From an uncultured Candidatus Peribacteria bacterium (GTDB taxonomy: Bacteria > Patescibacteriota > Gracilibacteria > UBA4473): a stretch of 64,000 nucleotides of DNA. Position 1 is the stretch's first letter. The number at the start of each line of letters is the position of its first letter. The position numbers were made by a program, and so were the translations under genes. The notes beneath the pieces were generated by a model. The model had not been told where the DNA came from. It ran no database searches and was given only the letters and a program-made list of their open reading frames with translations. Below are positions 17,957 to 28,244 of this stretch, one piece after another. The stretch lies in contig CAZDZO010000002.1 in the NCBI GenBank assembly GCA_964509975.1, forward strand, positions 10,759 through 74,758. The letters run 5' to 3'.

Positions 17957-20900
17957 TTAAACAGTTCGCGCGTATTGTTTGAGTGCCTGTTCAATCGCTG
18001 TCGTATCACCAAAAAGTGTGACATTCACGTCTTCTTTTGTCATAAGTTCTTCAGAAAGAGAATTCATCATTGCATATTCACTCGTAGAGTCTTTCTTCGC
18101 CAAATCTTTTAATTGTTCTCCTGTGGCTCCATGATCGTATCCTTTGAAATCAAGTATTTTTTCATATTTTCTTTTTAATTCTTCATTTCCACTTTGATTA
18201 AACATAATGCGAGCAAATTTATTGACTTTTTCTTTATTTTCGAGCATTGCAAACGAATATCTCGTTTCTCCTTTTTCCCAACGATCTTTTCCAAAAATCA
18301 TTGGACGCGCATGATAAGAAGTAAAATTTCCCAATAAAGCTTGCATAAGTGTCATTCCAACTTTTAATCGTCCTCCTACCTCCATCAAAATACGCTCTTT
18401 TTCTTTTCTCCACCCAGGAGTTCCTCCAAATTCTTTATCTCCATTTTCGATGTATTCATTCATCATCTTCATGTAATTCGGGAATGAAGAAATAAATGTT
18501 CGCCAAAAATCGGGTGAATTCTTTTCCGTACCTTCTGATCGTTGTCCAAGCTGAGTCACGAGTTGTCGCTGATCCCACTCTAGGAAAAATGCCCAGGCAT
18601 CATCATGATCTCCTTCTTTGTCTGCAAACCGTTGCATTCGTTGCACACGATCGCGAGCAAATTCAGACATGTGAATATAGTGGAAGAAAAATCGTTCAAC
18701 CGTTGGTTCTGCATTTCGAGGATTAAAACTTCCTCCAGCACTTCCCATAAATTTCGCCCATTCTTCAAAATCACTTTGTTTCCAATCGCGCTTTTCTGCT
18801 CCTGGAAAATCTTCCGGAACAATTCGTCCTTTATATTTTGGAGAACCTTTGTCTGAGAAAAATTCCACATGTGGAAATCGCACCACAAATTCATCTCCAA
18901 AACTATTGAGCACATCTCGTGAAAGCAAAGTTTGTCCGGTACTCGGATTTCGCAACGTCATCCCTTGAATCAAGAAATAAAATCGTCCATCTGGATTCCC
19001 ATTCATTTTTCCTTTAATAAACGCCTGCTTAAGGAATCCTGCAAAACGCGCTGGATCACACTGTGCTGATTCTCCTCGCCCCCATCGCTGAAGCATTCCC
19101 GCCAAAATATCAAAACGAGCACTTCCATCATTTTCATACTTTCGGAAATCCTCTGCATATCCGTCTTGTGCTTTTTTTAAATTTCCTTCAAGCGATTTAT
19201 CCCAGTCATCAAAAATTTCTGTTGTCCAAATAATAGAGGCTGCTTGAGAAACCTTTTCTCGAATTTGATATGGTGTAAGCGACATATCTTCGTCAAGATT
19301 AAATTGCACCGTTCTCTGGAGTTTATTAAGAGCTCTCCAAAGAAGTGGATCATCCCATTTAAGATATCCTTTTTGACTTAGCAAATTAATACATGCACGC
19401 ACCTCATCTGGATTATTTGATCGACCAACGGCCGCCCAAATCTCCCATCCAGGACTGTCATGATATTGTGTTTGAAATTCTTTCATTCGAGCCGTCTCTG
19501 ATTCTTCTTGCATACGGTGAAATTCTTTTCCAAACCGATTATTCTTTCCCCAAAACCCACTTCCAATCTGTGCTACATTTCTGTCCGAATTCCGTTTCCA
19601 GTGCTTATTTGCCGCTTCAATAGAAGTTTTAAAGGTTAGATAGATGTCATACAAAGAAAATTCCTTTCTTTTTCCTCTTCTATTTGTTTTCTTTTTACTT
19701 TCATAATCTGCGAGCCATTCTTTAATTCCCGTCGCCTGACTTCCACAAGCCTTTGCAACTTCTGCAATTCCTTCAAGATTTCCAAACTCAATAAGGGCTT
19801 GATTTTTTTGTTCTGGATTTTCTGATCCCAGTCGAGACAACCATCCTTGGAAATACTCCTCATTCCCAAGACGCTCTCCCCAAACAAAGGAAAACTCATT
19901 TTTTTGTTCCTGATGTTGTGCAATAACATTAAGAGCTTGTGTTGGATCCATTCCATATTTTTCGTGGAAAGCATTTTCTGTATTTTTTCGAATATCTCTT
20001 TCTATAATTTCAATAACCTTATCAACATTTTCCTGATAAATTCTAAATTTCTCATTAAAATCATTTCGCACTCTTTTGAAATTTGTTTCAAATGTTTCTT
20101 TTCCCTCAAAATATCCATATTTTTTAACATTCGCGAGTCCAGCATTTGGTCCTACTTCTATATCGCGATTACTCCCATTTTCATCAGTTATTTGAATTGT
20201 GCCGCCAAGATCACTTTCGGAAGCTCTTGTTTTTTCTTCTGCAAGAATACCACTTCGAACATTCATTAAATTCCTGAGACCATCTAAACGTTCTCTTATG
20301 TCCAAAATATGACTTTCCTGCTCTAATCGCCCTGGCTCCTTTAATTGTTTAAAAAGCGTATCAACATCATCAACAACTTTTAAAATCTTTTCAAAATAGT
20401 TTTCTAGAAATGCTTTTTTTGGTGAGTCCGGACTTTGTGCATTAACGCCAAAAATGTCTTCTGCAATGTCTCTCATCAGAGAAACTTCTCCCAGAAGTTT
20501 GTATTTCATTCTTGTTTCCCAGTCATTTACAAATTCCCCCAAACTCTCGGTTATTTCCTCTTTTACAATTTTTGGATCAATGTCTTCTCTTCCTGTTGAA
20601 ACGCCTACCATTTCACTATGCAATACTTGCAAGGTGTCTTGCAAAAATTGTGTCGTTGTTTCTGTACGATTTGAAATTCTCAATGTTTGCAGTCCCAAGT
20701 TATTTAATTGTGTTCTTCCCGGTAAATAGACCTCTTCCTCTGTGCCAGGATCGGTAATTACATGGCCCTCCTGTGCCCATTCAACCCGAACCGGAAAAGT
20801 CTGTTCAAAAAGAAGTCGTTCACTCAGTGCGGTTTTTAAATTTTCTTTTATTTCTCCCTCTTCAAGTTCTTCTAGTACAATATCCAATAATTCTTCTATA

Positions 20901-23515
20901 CCATCTAAATCTTCTGGATTTTCTTTCTTTTTCTTTAAATACCCAGCGCCTTCTGGGTTGAGTACTCTTGTAACAAGTTGTTCTAATTTTTGCTGAACAG
21001 ATCCTTGCTCAGTAGAAGACAATCCCAAATCATATTGTTCGTTGAGTTCTCGAACATCTATTGAGGCAATATCATTGAGATGCACTGCAAGTGTCTTTTT
21101 TCCTACTTCCAAAAGATGCTTCGTGTGCTCTGATCCAGCAAGATAGTGATCTTGTGCTGTTTGTAGTGAGAGAAGATCTTCTTCAGTTTCAGCTGATCGA
21201 TACAGTGATTCTAATTCTACAAAGAACCGTTCTGATTGATCTTCTTTTTCTTCTTCCGTTCCTTCAAATTTATTTTTTAACTGATCAATAATATCTTCTT
21301 TGAAATGGCGAATCGCGCCTTCCAAAAGAATCGTTATCTCTTCTGGTGGCATTACAAGCTTCCCATCTATTCGATACTGATCAAGACTTATTCCAAATTC
21401 TCCCCCAAGCGCTTCTTTGAGTGCTGCATAGGTGAATTCCTCATAAATAGCTTTATACCATTCTTCGTAACTATCTTGTTCCAATCGTCGAGAACTAATA
21501 ACTTTCTCAATTCTTGTATTGAGTACTTGTTGAAATCTTTGACGAAAATCCACAAGTTTTCTTGGAATTTCAAAACCAGAAGGAACGCCCAATTCTGCTT
21601 TTTTATCCGCAGAGGCATTCTCAATCTTAAACAACAATTCATAATCAGCTGCTCGTAATTGATGAAGCTTAATTCTTTTTTGTAATCCTTCCCAAAAATT
21701 TTTACTTATTTCCTCTGCTTTCCCTTGAATATCCTGATAAAATTCTGCGAATCTATTATAACGACTATTTTCTTTTACCCGTTTTATCCAATCTTGTTCG
21801 AGCGTTCTTCGTTCTTCTTCAAGCTTTTTAATTTGTTCTTTATATTCTTCAGAAAAAGTGAATGTGTTTTTCACCACTTCAAAAGCTTTTTCGTATTTAT
21901 CCTGGGCCGTTACATATTCATTATATTCTGTTGTAAAAATCTTAAAGTACGAAAGTTTCTTTTCTTTCTCATTTCGAAATCCTTCAAATCGTGAAATATT
22001 ATTTTTTATTTCTTCAAAGAGACGTGATTCTTTTATGGTTTTTTCTTCCGGAGTAATTTCTTCATTATTTTTCAACGTTTCGTATTCTTCGTTTTGAGTC
22101 ACAAGAGAATCTTTAATGTTGGTAAATTCTGTTTTTAAATACTCATCTGGTTCCCCTCCCGTTTCTATTGTGGCAAACTCTGGAATCTTTGACTCAAATT
22201 CTGTAATAAAATCCCCGAGTCCCTCCAAGTGTCGTTTCACATTTTCTTGTTTTCCCTGTTTTTGTGTTTCTGCGTCTACAAATTTTTCAATATCTTCTTT
22301 TGCTTCTGGTGTTGATTCTGTTTCAGCTGCTTTTTTTCGAGCATCTTCAAGGGCTACTTTTTCAAGTCCTTCCAAACGAAATTTCAGTTTTGTTATTTCT
22401 TTTCGAAGTTTTTCTTGTTCTTTATCAATAAGAGGCTTTTCTTCTTTCCAGTCATACGTCGTTCTTGCCGTTTCTTCTTCGGTTTTTATGGCTTGTAGTG
22501 ATTTCTGATGTATATGAGAAAGCACGGGTTGTTTTTCTGCAAAGGCAAGTAATTGCACTTTGTTTCCGTGTCGAATGAATTTCTTTATTTCCTCTGCATG
22601 TGTAGCAAAGGATTCTCTCAAATCCTCACCACCTTCACCGCCTTCTAAGTTTTCTCGCAATAAATCAATAATTTCCCAAGCAAGAGAATATCTTGGTTTT
22701 TGCTTTTCTCTTTCATCACTTCCCAAAAGTCCTTTTACGGTATCTTGTGTGAGTTTTTTCCAATGAAGAGAAAGAACCTCTGTTCCCCAGTCAGAACTAT
22801 TGGGAAAAAGTGCTCGTATCTCAAGTAAGAGTAATTTCTCTGTAGGCGTAAGCGGTCTTTTTTCCTCTCCTTTTTGAAAGCTTACAATATCATTCACCCT
22901 ATCATGTGGATCTATTCCTGATCGAACCAAAAACATTTTCCCTCTTTCAAGAATTTTGTTTTTAGCTTCTACAAAGACTTGGTCTATTTTATTATTTCGT
23001 CTTTTTTTCTTGAGAATATTGTACAGAGAGCAAACACGCATAAGTTGAAAATCTGTCCACTGCCATACATCTTTTGAAAGAATATTTTGTAAATTTTTTC
23101 GTTCCGTAAGAAGTACTGTACTGAGAATCTGTCTCATTTCTGTTCCCAAAATTTTTCGCAATTTGGGAGAAGCATCTACCCAAGACAATATTCGTGGTGG
23201 AGCAAAATCAACTTTTGTCGTTGAAAGTGAAATATAATAATTCATTATATCTCGAAATTTTGCTTTTTGTTTATTATCCAAATTCGCTTGTTCCAATACC
23301 CGCAATGATTTAATAGAAAAAGCGAGTGGATCCTTTAGGATTTCATCAATCGTTCTTTCTTCTCGTTGTTCCACTGTCTCAGTGGTTTGCGATCTTGTTT
23401 CTGGGTTTGATGAAGTCGTTGTATCGTCTGTTGATTCGTCCATGAAGACAAACCGACCCCACTGGTCGGATTCAACATTTCGAAACGTATTGGTAATAAA
23501 CTTCATTTTGTCCAA
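17957..23515 (-). CDS. giant hypothetical protein (1,852 aa), no signal peptide, long E/K-rich coiled-coil region
   Basis: Uninterrupted 5.6-kb ORF. The listed start is TTG; an ATG (MKFITNTF) at 23506 lies 11 nt downstream of a TGgTATAAT box. The C-terminal 600 aa or so are aromatic-rich and look globular. No Walker or nuclease motifs seen. Confidence 0.8.
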   Translation of the reverse strand: MDKMKFITNTFRNVESDQWGRFVFMDESTDDTTTSSNPETRSQTTETVEQREERTIDEILKDPLAFSIKSLRVLEQANLDNKQKAKFRDIMNYYISLSTTKVDFAPPRILSWVDASPKLRKILGTEMRQILSTVLLTERKNLQNILSKDVWQWTDFQLMRVCSLYNILKKKRRNNKIDQVFVEAKNKILERGKMFLVRSGIDPHDRVNDIVSFQKGEEKRPLTPTEKLLLLEIRALFPNSSDWGTEVLSLHWKKLTQDTVKGLLGSDEREKQKPRYSLAWEIIDLLRENLEGGEGGEDLRESFATHAEEIKKFIRHGNKVQLLAFAEKQPVLSHIHQKSLQAIKTEEETARTTYDWKEEKPLIDKEQEKLRKEITKLKFRLEGLEKVALEDARKKAAETESTPEAKEDIEKFVDAETQKQGKQENVKRHLEGLGDFITEFESKIPEFATIETGGEPDEYLKTEFTNIKDSLVTQNEEYETLKNNEEITPEEKTIKESRLFEEIKNNISRFEGFRNEKEKKLSYFKIFTTEYNEYVTAQDKYEKAFEVVKNTFTFSEEYKEQIKKLEEERRTLEQDWIKRVKENSRYNRFAEFYQDIQGKAEEISKNFWEGLQKRIKLHQLRAADYELLFKIENASADKKAELGVPSGFEIPRKLVDFRQRFQQVLNTRIEKVISSRRLEQDSYEEWYKAIYEEFTYAALKEALGGEFGISLDQYRIDGKLVMPPEEITILLEGAIRHFKEDIIDQLKNKFEGTEEEKEDQSERFFVELESLYRSAETEEDLLSLQTAQDHYLAGSEHTKHLLEVGKKTLAVHLNDIASIDVRELNEQYDLGLSSTEQGSVQQKLEQLVTRVLNPEGAGYLKKKKENPEDLDGIEELLDIVLEELEEGEIKENLKTALSERLLFEQTFPVRVEWAQEGHVITDPGTEEEVYLPGRTQLNNLGLQTLRISNRTETTTQFLQDTLQVLHSEMVGVSTGREDIDPKIVKEEITESLGEFVNDWETRMKYKLLGEVSLMRDIAEDIFGVNAQSPDSPKKAFLENYFEKILKVVDDVDTLFKQLKEPGRLEQESHILDIRERLDGLRNLMNVRSGILAEEKTRASESDLGGTIQITDENGSNRDIEVGPNAGLANVKKYGYFEGKETFETNFKRVRNDFNEKFRIYQENVDKVIEIIERDIRKNTENAFHEKYGMDPTQALNVIAQHQEQKNEFSFVWGERLGNEEYFQGWLSRLGSENPEQKNQALIEFGNLEGIAEVAKACGSQATGIKEWLADYESKKKTNRRGKRKEFSLYDIYLTFKTSIEAANKHWKRNSDRNVAQIGSGFWGKNNRFGKEFHRMQEESETARMKEFQTQYHDSPGWEIWAAVGRSNNPDEVRACINLLSQKGYLKWDDPLLWRALNKLQRTVQFNLDEDMSLTPYQIREKVSQAASIIWTTEIFDDWDKSLEGNLKKAQDGYAEDFRKYENDGSARFDILAGMLQRWGRGESAQCDPARFAGFLKQAFIKGKMNGNPDGRFYFLIQGMTLRNPSTGQTLLSRDVLNSFGDEFVVRFPHVEFFSDKGSPKYKGRIVPEDFPGAEKRDWKQSDFEEWAKFMGSAGGSFNPRNAEPTVERFFFHYIHMSEFARDRVQRMQRFADKEGDHDDAWAFFLEWDQRQLVTQLGQRSEGTEKNSPDFWRTFISSFPNYMKMMNEYIENGDKEFGGTPGWRKEKERILMEVGGRLKVGMTLMQALLGNFTSYHARPMIFGKDRWEKGETRYSFAMLENKEKVNKFARIMFNQSGNEELKRKYEKILDFKGYDHGATGEQLKDLAKKDSTSEYAMMNSLSEELMTKEDVNVTLFGDTTAIEQALKQYARTV

Positions 23516-23517
23516 GT

Positions 23518-23526
23518 ATTATACCA
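23518..23526 (-). promoter_or_regulatory. extended -10 box (TGgTATAAT) upstream of the 1,852-aa gene
   Basis: Minus strand reads taTGgTATAATac-ttggacaaa-ATG. Confidence 0.4.
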
Positions 23527-23576
23527 TAAATAAGCCCTAAATGGAAGAATAAATCAGGAAGAAATTAAAGAGTTTT

Positions 23577-25703
23577 TTAGTCGTTGTTTTTTACAATTTC
23601 AAGTGTTTCTTTTTTGTTATCACCTTCTCCTGTTGTATTTCTGCTGAATTTATTCTTTTCTGCATAGCTTGCACTTTCAAGTTCTGTAAGGATTTCTTTT
23701 TCATTCTTTATAATCGCTTCTTTTATAGAGGTGTTTGTTGTTTCATTATAATATTTCTTAAGATCATCCAAATTCTTAAATTCTTGTGAAACACTTTTAT
23801 CTTCGTTATTTATGGTTATTTTTTTACCATCATCATCCGCTACTACTTCAATTTTATTTGTATCTGTTTTCTTTTTCCCTTCGTAATCAGAAGTTTTTGC
23901 ATTATTTCTTCCTCCTTGCTCAGCTATCCAAAGCAACGCTGTTTCCACTTTGTCTTCATTACCACTTGTAAAATTAGTCTTCATATTAGTATACCCCGCT
24001 AAACTTGAAACCTTAGGAAATTGCTTTTCAAGTTTTGCTATAACATTCTTTGATTCTGGAATATTTCCTGAGTAGAACTTTGATCCTTGTTCAGAATTAA
24101 CAGCTTTGTCATCTATCATTTTAAAAGCAGCCATTGCATCACTCGCTCCTTCTATGTTGGTTCCTAGTTCATTAAACGCCTTTGTTAATTCTGTTGTAGA
24201 TTTATTAAACATATTAATTCCATCTGGTCCGGTAAAGCCTTCATAATCTTTCGATATTTTATCCGAACGAAGTTTCACCATTCCTTGGTTGAGTGTTCTC
24301 ATTAACGTAGTAGTTGATACCCCTTGTACTCCTTTCTCCCCAGGCATTGGGAAAATCTCCCGATCGATTGTTCCAGCCTTCGCAAGAAACGCACCAGCCC
24401 CTTCTGCTCCTCCTTTAATCTTGTTAATAACGCCTTCGGCCACTGATCCTTCAAGTGCCCAAAAAGCGGCTTTCCAGAACACTACAATCGTAGCAATAGA
24501 CCACAAAAGTCCATATCCACTCGCGCCAAATGTCGATACTGAAGAACCCGTTCTTATAAAGTCTCCACTCGGTCCTCCTCCAAGATTTACCATCGCATCT
24601 ATCATTAAGAAACTCACGGCAAATGCTGCTGCAATCTTGAGTGGCATAACCACACTTGTCACAACCATTTCACTAATTTTCCCACCGCTTCCTTTTCCAA
24701 ACCCCATTATTGATCCCGCAATAAGAAGTGGTGAAAATACCATCGCAATCCAGAGCACCACCATCCGAACGAGAAGAGCAATAAATACCGCTGCCAAAGC
24801 AATCACTTGCGCCAAAGATAAAATACTCACAAACAGCACACTCGTGAATACATCGCCCCAATCGTTCAATCTCGCCGTAAGAGAGGGCATGTCTTGAATT
24901 CGATTGAACTGGATTCCGAAAGCAATAAAAAGGTTCTGTGCGGCTTTGCTTTTTGAGCTCGAATCGGCCGCATTCTGTGGATCAATGGCAAAAAGACAAT
25001 CTTCTGGAAGTGCCGCTGACCCTTTTACTTTTGTATCTTTGTCTCTTATTTCTGTTACTGGATCTTCCCATTTCCCTTTTCCACACATAAGATCATTAAT
25101 CGCTACAAAGAACGGTTCATAACTCACAACCCCATCTTTATTCACGGCTACATCATTTTTCAAAGCATCTTGAAGACCAGCTTGCCCCTTTGCTCTTGCG
25201 GTACTATCCGGAATCGCAAATATAGTAATCGCTCCAACATGCACAGCATCCAAAACAACTTTAAATCCTAAAAGTGAAAAGTTAATAGCAATCAGTGCCA
25301 AAATAACATTCGGAAGTTGTTTTTTTATAGTCCAATTTCCATCCCCTCCTTTAAAAGAAGAAAATAAGTTTGAAAATGCCAAGAAAATTAATACCAATAC
25401 AAAGAGTGCATTCGTAATATTTCGAATAATCACCCACATTGGTCGAATCGCAGCCATTGGTTCTGGAGCCGTCAAAAAATCCGTTCCCACCAAATCCCCT
25501 CCATAATTGATAAAAACCAAAGAAAGAAACGTAAAAATATTTACAAAAACCGAAAAAATCTGTGCAAACGCTTTCAATGTCTCATTATCATTCCCATCTG
25601 TTAGCGCAAAAGCCACATCAGGACTCACGAATTGCCCCACTACGAGCGCTATAATAAGCGCTACAACAGTTTTTGGAGAAATGAGTTTTCGTAAAAATTT
25701 CAT
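23577..25703 (-). CDS. polytopic membrane protein (708 aa) with signal peptide, large external loop and hydrophilic C-terminal tail
   Basis: Signal-like N-terminus (VVALIIALVVGQFVSPDVAFA), at least 8 hydrophobic helices in two blocks, and a K/E/N-rich tail. The topology resembles VirB6/TrbL-type proteins (weak inference). Confidence 0.8.
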   Translation of the reverse strand: MKFLRKLISPKTVVALIIALVVGQFVSPDVAFALTDGNDNETLKAFAQIFSVFVNIFTFLSLVFINYGGDLVGTDFLTAPEPMAAIRPMWVIIRNITNALFVLVLIFLAFSNLFSSFKGGDGNWTIKKQLPNVILALIAINFSLLGFKVVLDAVHVGAITIFAIPDSTARAKGQAGLQDALKNDVAVNKDGVVSYEPFFVAINDLMCGKGKWEDPVTEIRDKDTKVKGSAALPEDCLFAIDPQNAADSSSKSKAAQNLFIAFGIQFNRIQDMPSLTARLNDWGDVFTSVLFVSILSLAQVIALAAVFIALLVRMVVLWIAMVFSPLLIAGSIMGFGKGSGGKISEMVVTSVVMPLKIAAAFAVSFLMIDAMVNLGGGPSGDFIRTGSSVSTFGASGYGLLWSIATIVVFWKAAFWALEGSVAEGVINKIKGGAEGAGAFLAKAGTIDREIFPMPGEKGVQGVSTTTLMRTLNQGMVKLRSDKISKDYEGFTGPDGINMFNKSTTELTKAFNELGTNIEGASDAMAAFKMIDDKAVNSEQGSKFYSGNIPESKNVIAKLEKQFPKVSSLAGYTNMKTNFTSGNEDKVETALLWIAEQGGRNNAKTSDYEGKKKTDTNKIEVVADDDGKKITINNEDKSVSQEFKNLDDLKKYYNETTNTSIKEAIIKNEKEILTELESASYAEKNKFSRNTTGEGDNKKETLEIVKNND

Positions 25704-25723
25704 AAATGTGTATCAATCTCCTA

Positions 25724-25732
25724 ATTATACCA
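25724..25732 (-). promoter_or_regulatory. extended -10 box (TGgTATAAT) upstream of the 708-aa gene
   Basis: Minus strand reads taTGgTATAAT-taggagattgatacacattt-ATG. Confidence 0.4.
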
Positions 25733-25784
25733 TAAAATACACATTAAAACAAGTAATTCTCCCTGTTGAATCCCTTCTTTTTCT

Positions 25785-28238
25785 CTATGTTGTCGGGGTT
25801 TCCGATGTAACTGATCCATACAACACTTCCAACAAACTCTTTATTTGTGTCAATAATTGATCTTTTCTTTCTCCATTCGTTTTCGGAAGAGATTTATAAA
25901 TTTTAATTTCATTCTCGTGAACCCCAAGTGTTTCTAAGTGCTCATAGATAACCTTTTTTTCACCCACAAAATCCGCCATAATATCCTGCCATTCCGTTTT
26001 TAGTGACCCCACAAAGTGTGGTTCCCAGAACTCTTTCAACATATCCCCTTCTATATTTTTTGACTTAATAAGTTTCAAGGCCTTCACTTTTGGACGTGTA
26101 CTTTTGAATTCCTCATATTTCACACTCATATTTTTAAGATGATCGAAATATTCTAGAGAGTTTTTTCTTTTTATTGTTTTTTCTTTTTCATTCTTTTCAT
26201 CAAGTGTTCCAATACTGAGTCCTCGTTTCCCAATGTCATCCTTGTCTACACAATTCCAAAACGCATTTTGGATTTCTTGTGTTGATTTGAAATCATTTCC
26301 AACATTTTTCCCCACAAAGACCTGATTCTTCATTTCCATCACGATTTTTTTCCATTTTTTGTTATCGACGATTTCCTCAAGAGATTTTCGTTCAGAAGCG
26401 TGAATAACTCCCATTCCAAAGAGGGCCCCACAAATACTTTTCCAATTCTTGGGTTTCATATCTTCGGCATTTTTATTCATTAATTTCAAGAACGTTGATC
26501 GTGCTGCTTTTTTATTTTTTTCTAATTTTTCTTTTGATTTTTTAAAGACTGACTTCGTTTTCTCCCAAGTCTCTTTCCTAAAAAGTTTTTGTAATCCTCT
26601 TGAAGCAAATACAGTCCCATATACCGCGAACATTCCAACACAAAGCGCTATCAAAATATCTTCTAGTCCCCCATCCGACATAAAGGAAGCAATTCCTTCT
26701 TTTCCTTTTTGTGCGAGCTTATTCTTAATATCTGGATAGATATTTTCCATTTTTTCTTTGAGTTCTTGTTGTATTTCCTCTGGTAATTGTCCTTTTCGTC
26801 GATGCTGTTGTTCTTTCCATTTCCGAGCAAACGCTTTTGCAAACTCATCTCGCTCTGTTTTACTTGAGTGAATCATAAAGTAATTCCATGCTAACACTGC
26901 TTCTCTGGAAGCAAGTGTACGCTTTATAAATTCAATCATTTCAGCATCCCATTCATCAAACTTTGCATGCGGTCCTCGTGTCATCTTTGCAATTCTTCCT
27001 TGTTGTTCTTTTGTGAGATTTTTATTCAAAAGAAGCATTTCCGGATCGAACATTTCTACACAAAACTGAGCCGCTCGTTGACATTGATCAGGAGAAAGTG
27101 CTTCTTCTTCTCTTTCCTCTTCTGTTGTAGGAAGACGCAAAAATCGCTTATGCATTCTCCCATCAATCATGTCGACCTCTTCCCCATTCGCATCTTTCAT
27201 TTTTAGTTTCGGGCGTTCTGTTTCACCTGTATAAAATTTTTCGGTGATTTCTTCGCGCCTTTCATTGACAAACGTTTTTCCATCAAGGAGTGGTCCATCT
27301 TCTAAGCTCAGAAGATCCTTTAAGCTCAATTCATCCATCTTTCCTTCTCTATCAAGAATCATTCCCATATCTCCTCGTGCAATTCCGGTAAGGAGGTGTG
27401 TTATTTTTGTAAAAACATAGTTTAAAGCTTGTCCAGAAATATCAAGTATCTCATCCCCTACTTTAAAAATCCCTTCTGCAGCTCCTGGCAAAAGCCCTGC
27501 AACAACCGCAAACGTTCCTCCGACAACCCACATGTGAGGATTTGCCGCTCCATAAAAAAGTCCCGTAATATACGCAGAAGTCAATCCTGCTCCAAGACTG
27601 TTTCCTATTCGATCAGAAACACTTTGTTCTGAAGCCCAAGCATTCTCGCTAACCCTTCCAATCCATCCTCCTGTTTTTTGGAAGATGTTTTCATGTTTTG
27701 TTGCTGTAGCAAGCAGTTTTTGGTGAAGTGTCTCTCTAAATTGTCTTTGTCCTTCTGGCGGCAACGTTTTCACATGCTCTGTAATCCATTTCTTTACCGC
27801 TATGGGATCGCTTGAATTGGCATATTTTTTTCCTCCGTATTCTTCTACCAGTTTCTTGTTAAGATCTTCGTCGAGTTTTTTAAAATCAGGTTCTGTTTTT
27901 TGAAATTCTTCTCGGTATTTTGCAAAAACGGCTTCTGTTCTGTCTGGTGATTTTTCCGCAACGGTTGCTCGCATTCGATCAGAGTCTGCGATGATTTCTG
28001 CTGCTGTCACATATTTTTCTTTACTTTCTACGTCTGTTTTTACATCTTCTGTTTCTTTGCGCACTTCGGTCTTGGTATGCAATTTATCCATCATATGATC
28101 CACTGATCCTTCCGCTATTTCAATCGTCTGTGAATTTTGTTCTACGGTTTTATTGAACACAAACTTCGTTTCACCACTTCCCGCAAGGTGCAAGTGCGCC
28201 CCTGTTGGTAATGATGTGAATGAAGTATTTTCTTTCAT
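25785..28238 (-). CDS. hypothetical membrane protein (817 aa) with glycine-zipper-like TM hairpin
   Basis: Charged N-terminal 200 aa. Gly/Ala-rich helices (LGAGLTSAYITGLFYGAANPHMWVVGGTFAVVAGLLPGAAEG, about 27450-27630). A further TM (ILIALCVGMFAVYGTVFA) and a K/E-rich remainder. Confidence 0.8.
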   Translation of the reverse strand: MKENTSFTSLPTGAHLHLAGSGETKFVFNKTVEQNSQTIEIAEGSVDHMMDKLHTKTEVRKETEDVKTDVESKEKYVTAAEIIADSDRMRATVAEKSPDRTEAVFAKYREEFQKTEPDFKKLDEDLNKKLVEEYGGKKYANSSDPIAVKKWITEHVKTLPPEGQRQFRETLHQKLLATATKHENIFQKTGGWIGRVSENAWASEQSVSDRIGNSLGAGLTSAYITGLFYGAANPHMWVVGGTFAVVAGLLPGAAEGIFKVGDEILDISGQALNYVFTKITHLLTGIARGDMGMILDREGKMDELSLKDLLSLEDGPLLDGKTFVNERREEITEKFYTGETERPKLKMKDANGEEVDMIDGRMHKRFLRLPTTEEEREEEALSPDQCQRAAQFCVEMFDPEMLLLNKNLTKEQQGRIAKMTRGPHAKFDEWDAEMIEFIKRTLASREAVLAWNYFMIHSSKTERDEFAKAFARKWKEQQHRRKGQLPEEIQQELKEKMENIYPDIKNKLAQKGKEGIASFMSDGGLEDILIALCVGMFAVYGTVFASRGLQKLFRKETWEKTKSVFKKSKEKLEKNKKAARSTFLKLMNKNAEDMKPKNWKSICGALFGMGVIHASERKSLEEIVDNKKWKKIVMEMKNQVFVGKNVGNDFKSTQEIQNAFWNCVDKDDIGKRGLSIGTLDEKNEKEKTIKRKNSLEYFDHLKNMSVKYEEFKSTRPKVKALKLIKSKNIEGDMLKEFWEPHFVGSLKTEWQDIMADFVGEKKVIYEHLETLGVHENEIKIYKSLPKTNGERKDQLLTQIKSLLEVLYGSVTSETPTT

Positions 28239-28244
28239 AAAAAT

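Noticed and set aside
23577-25703. Calling the 708-aa protein a bona fide VirB6/TrbL and the cluster a type IV secretion system
   Set aside because: Only the overall topology is similar. No VirB4/VirD4 ATPases, relaxase, VirB8/9/10-like or other T4SS genes are in the window. I keep it as a weak hypothesis, not an annotation.
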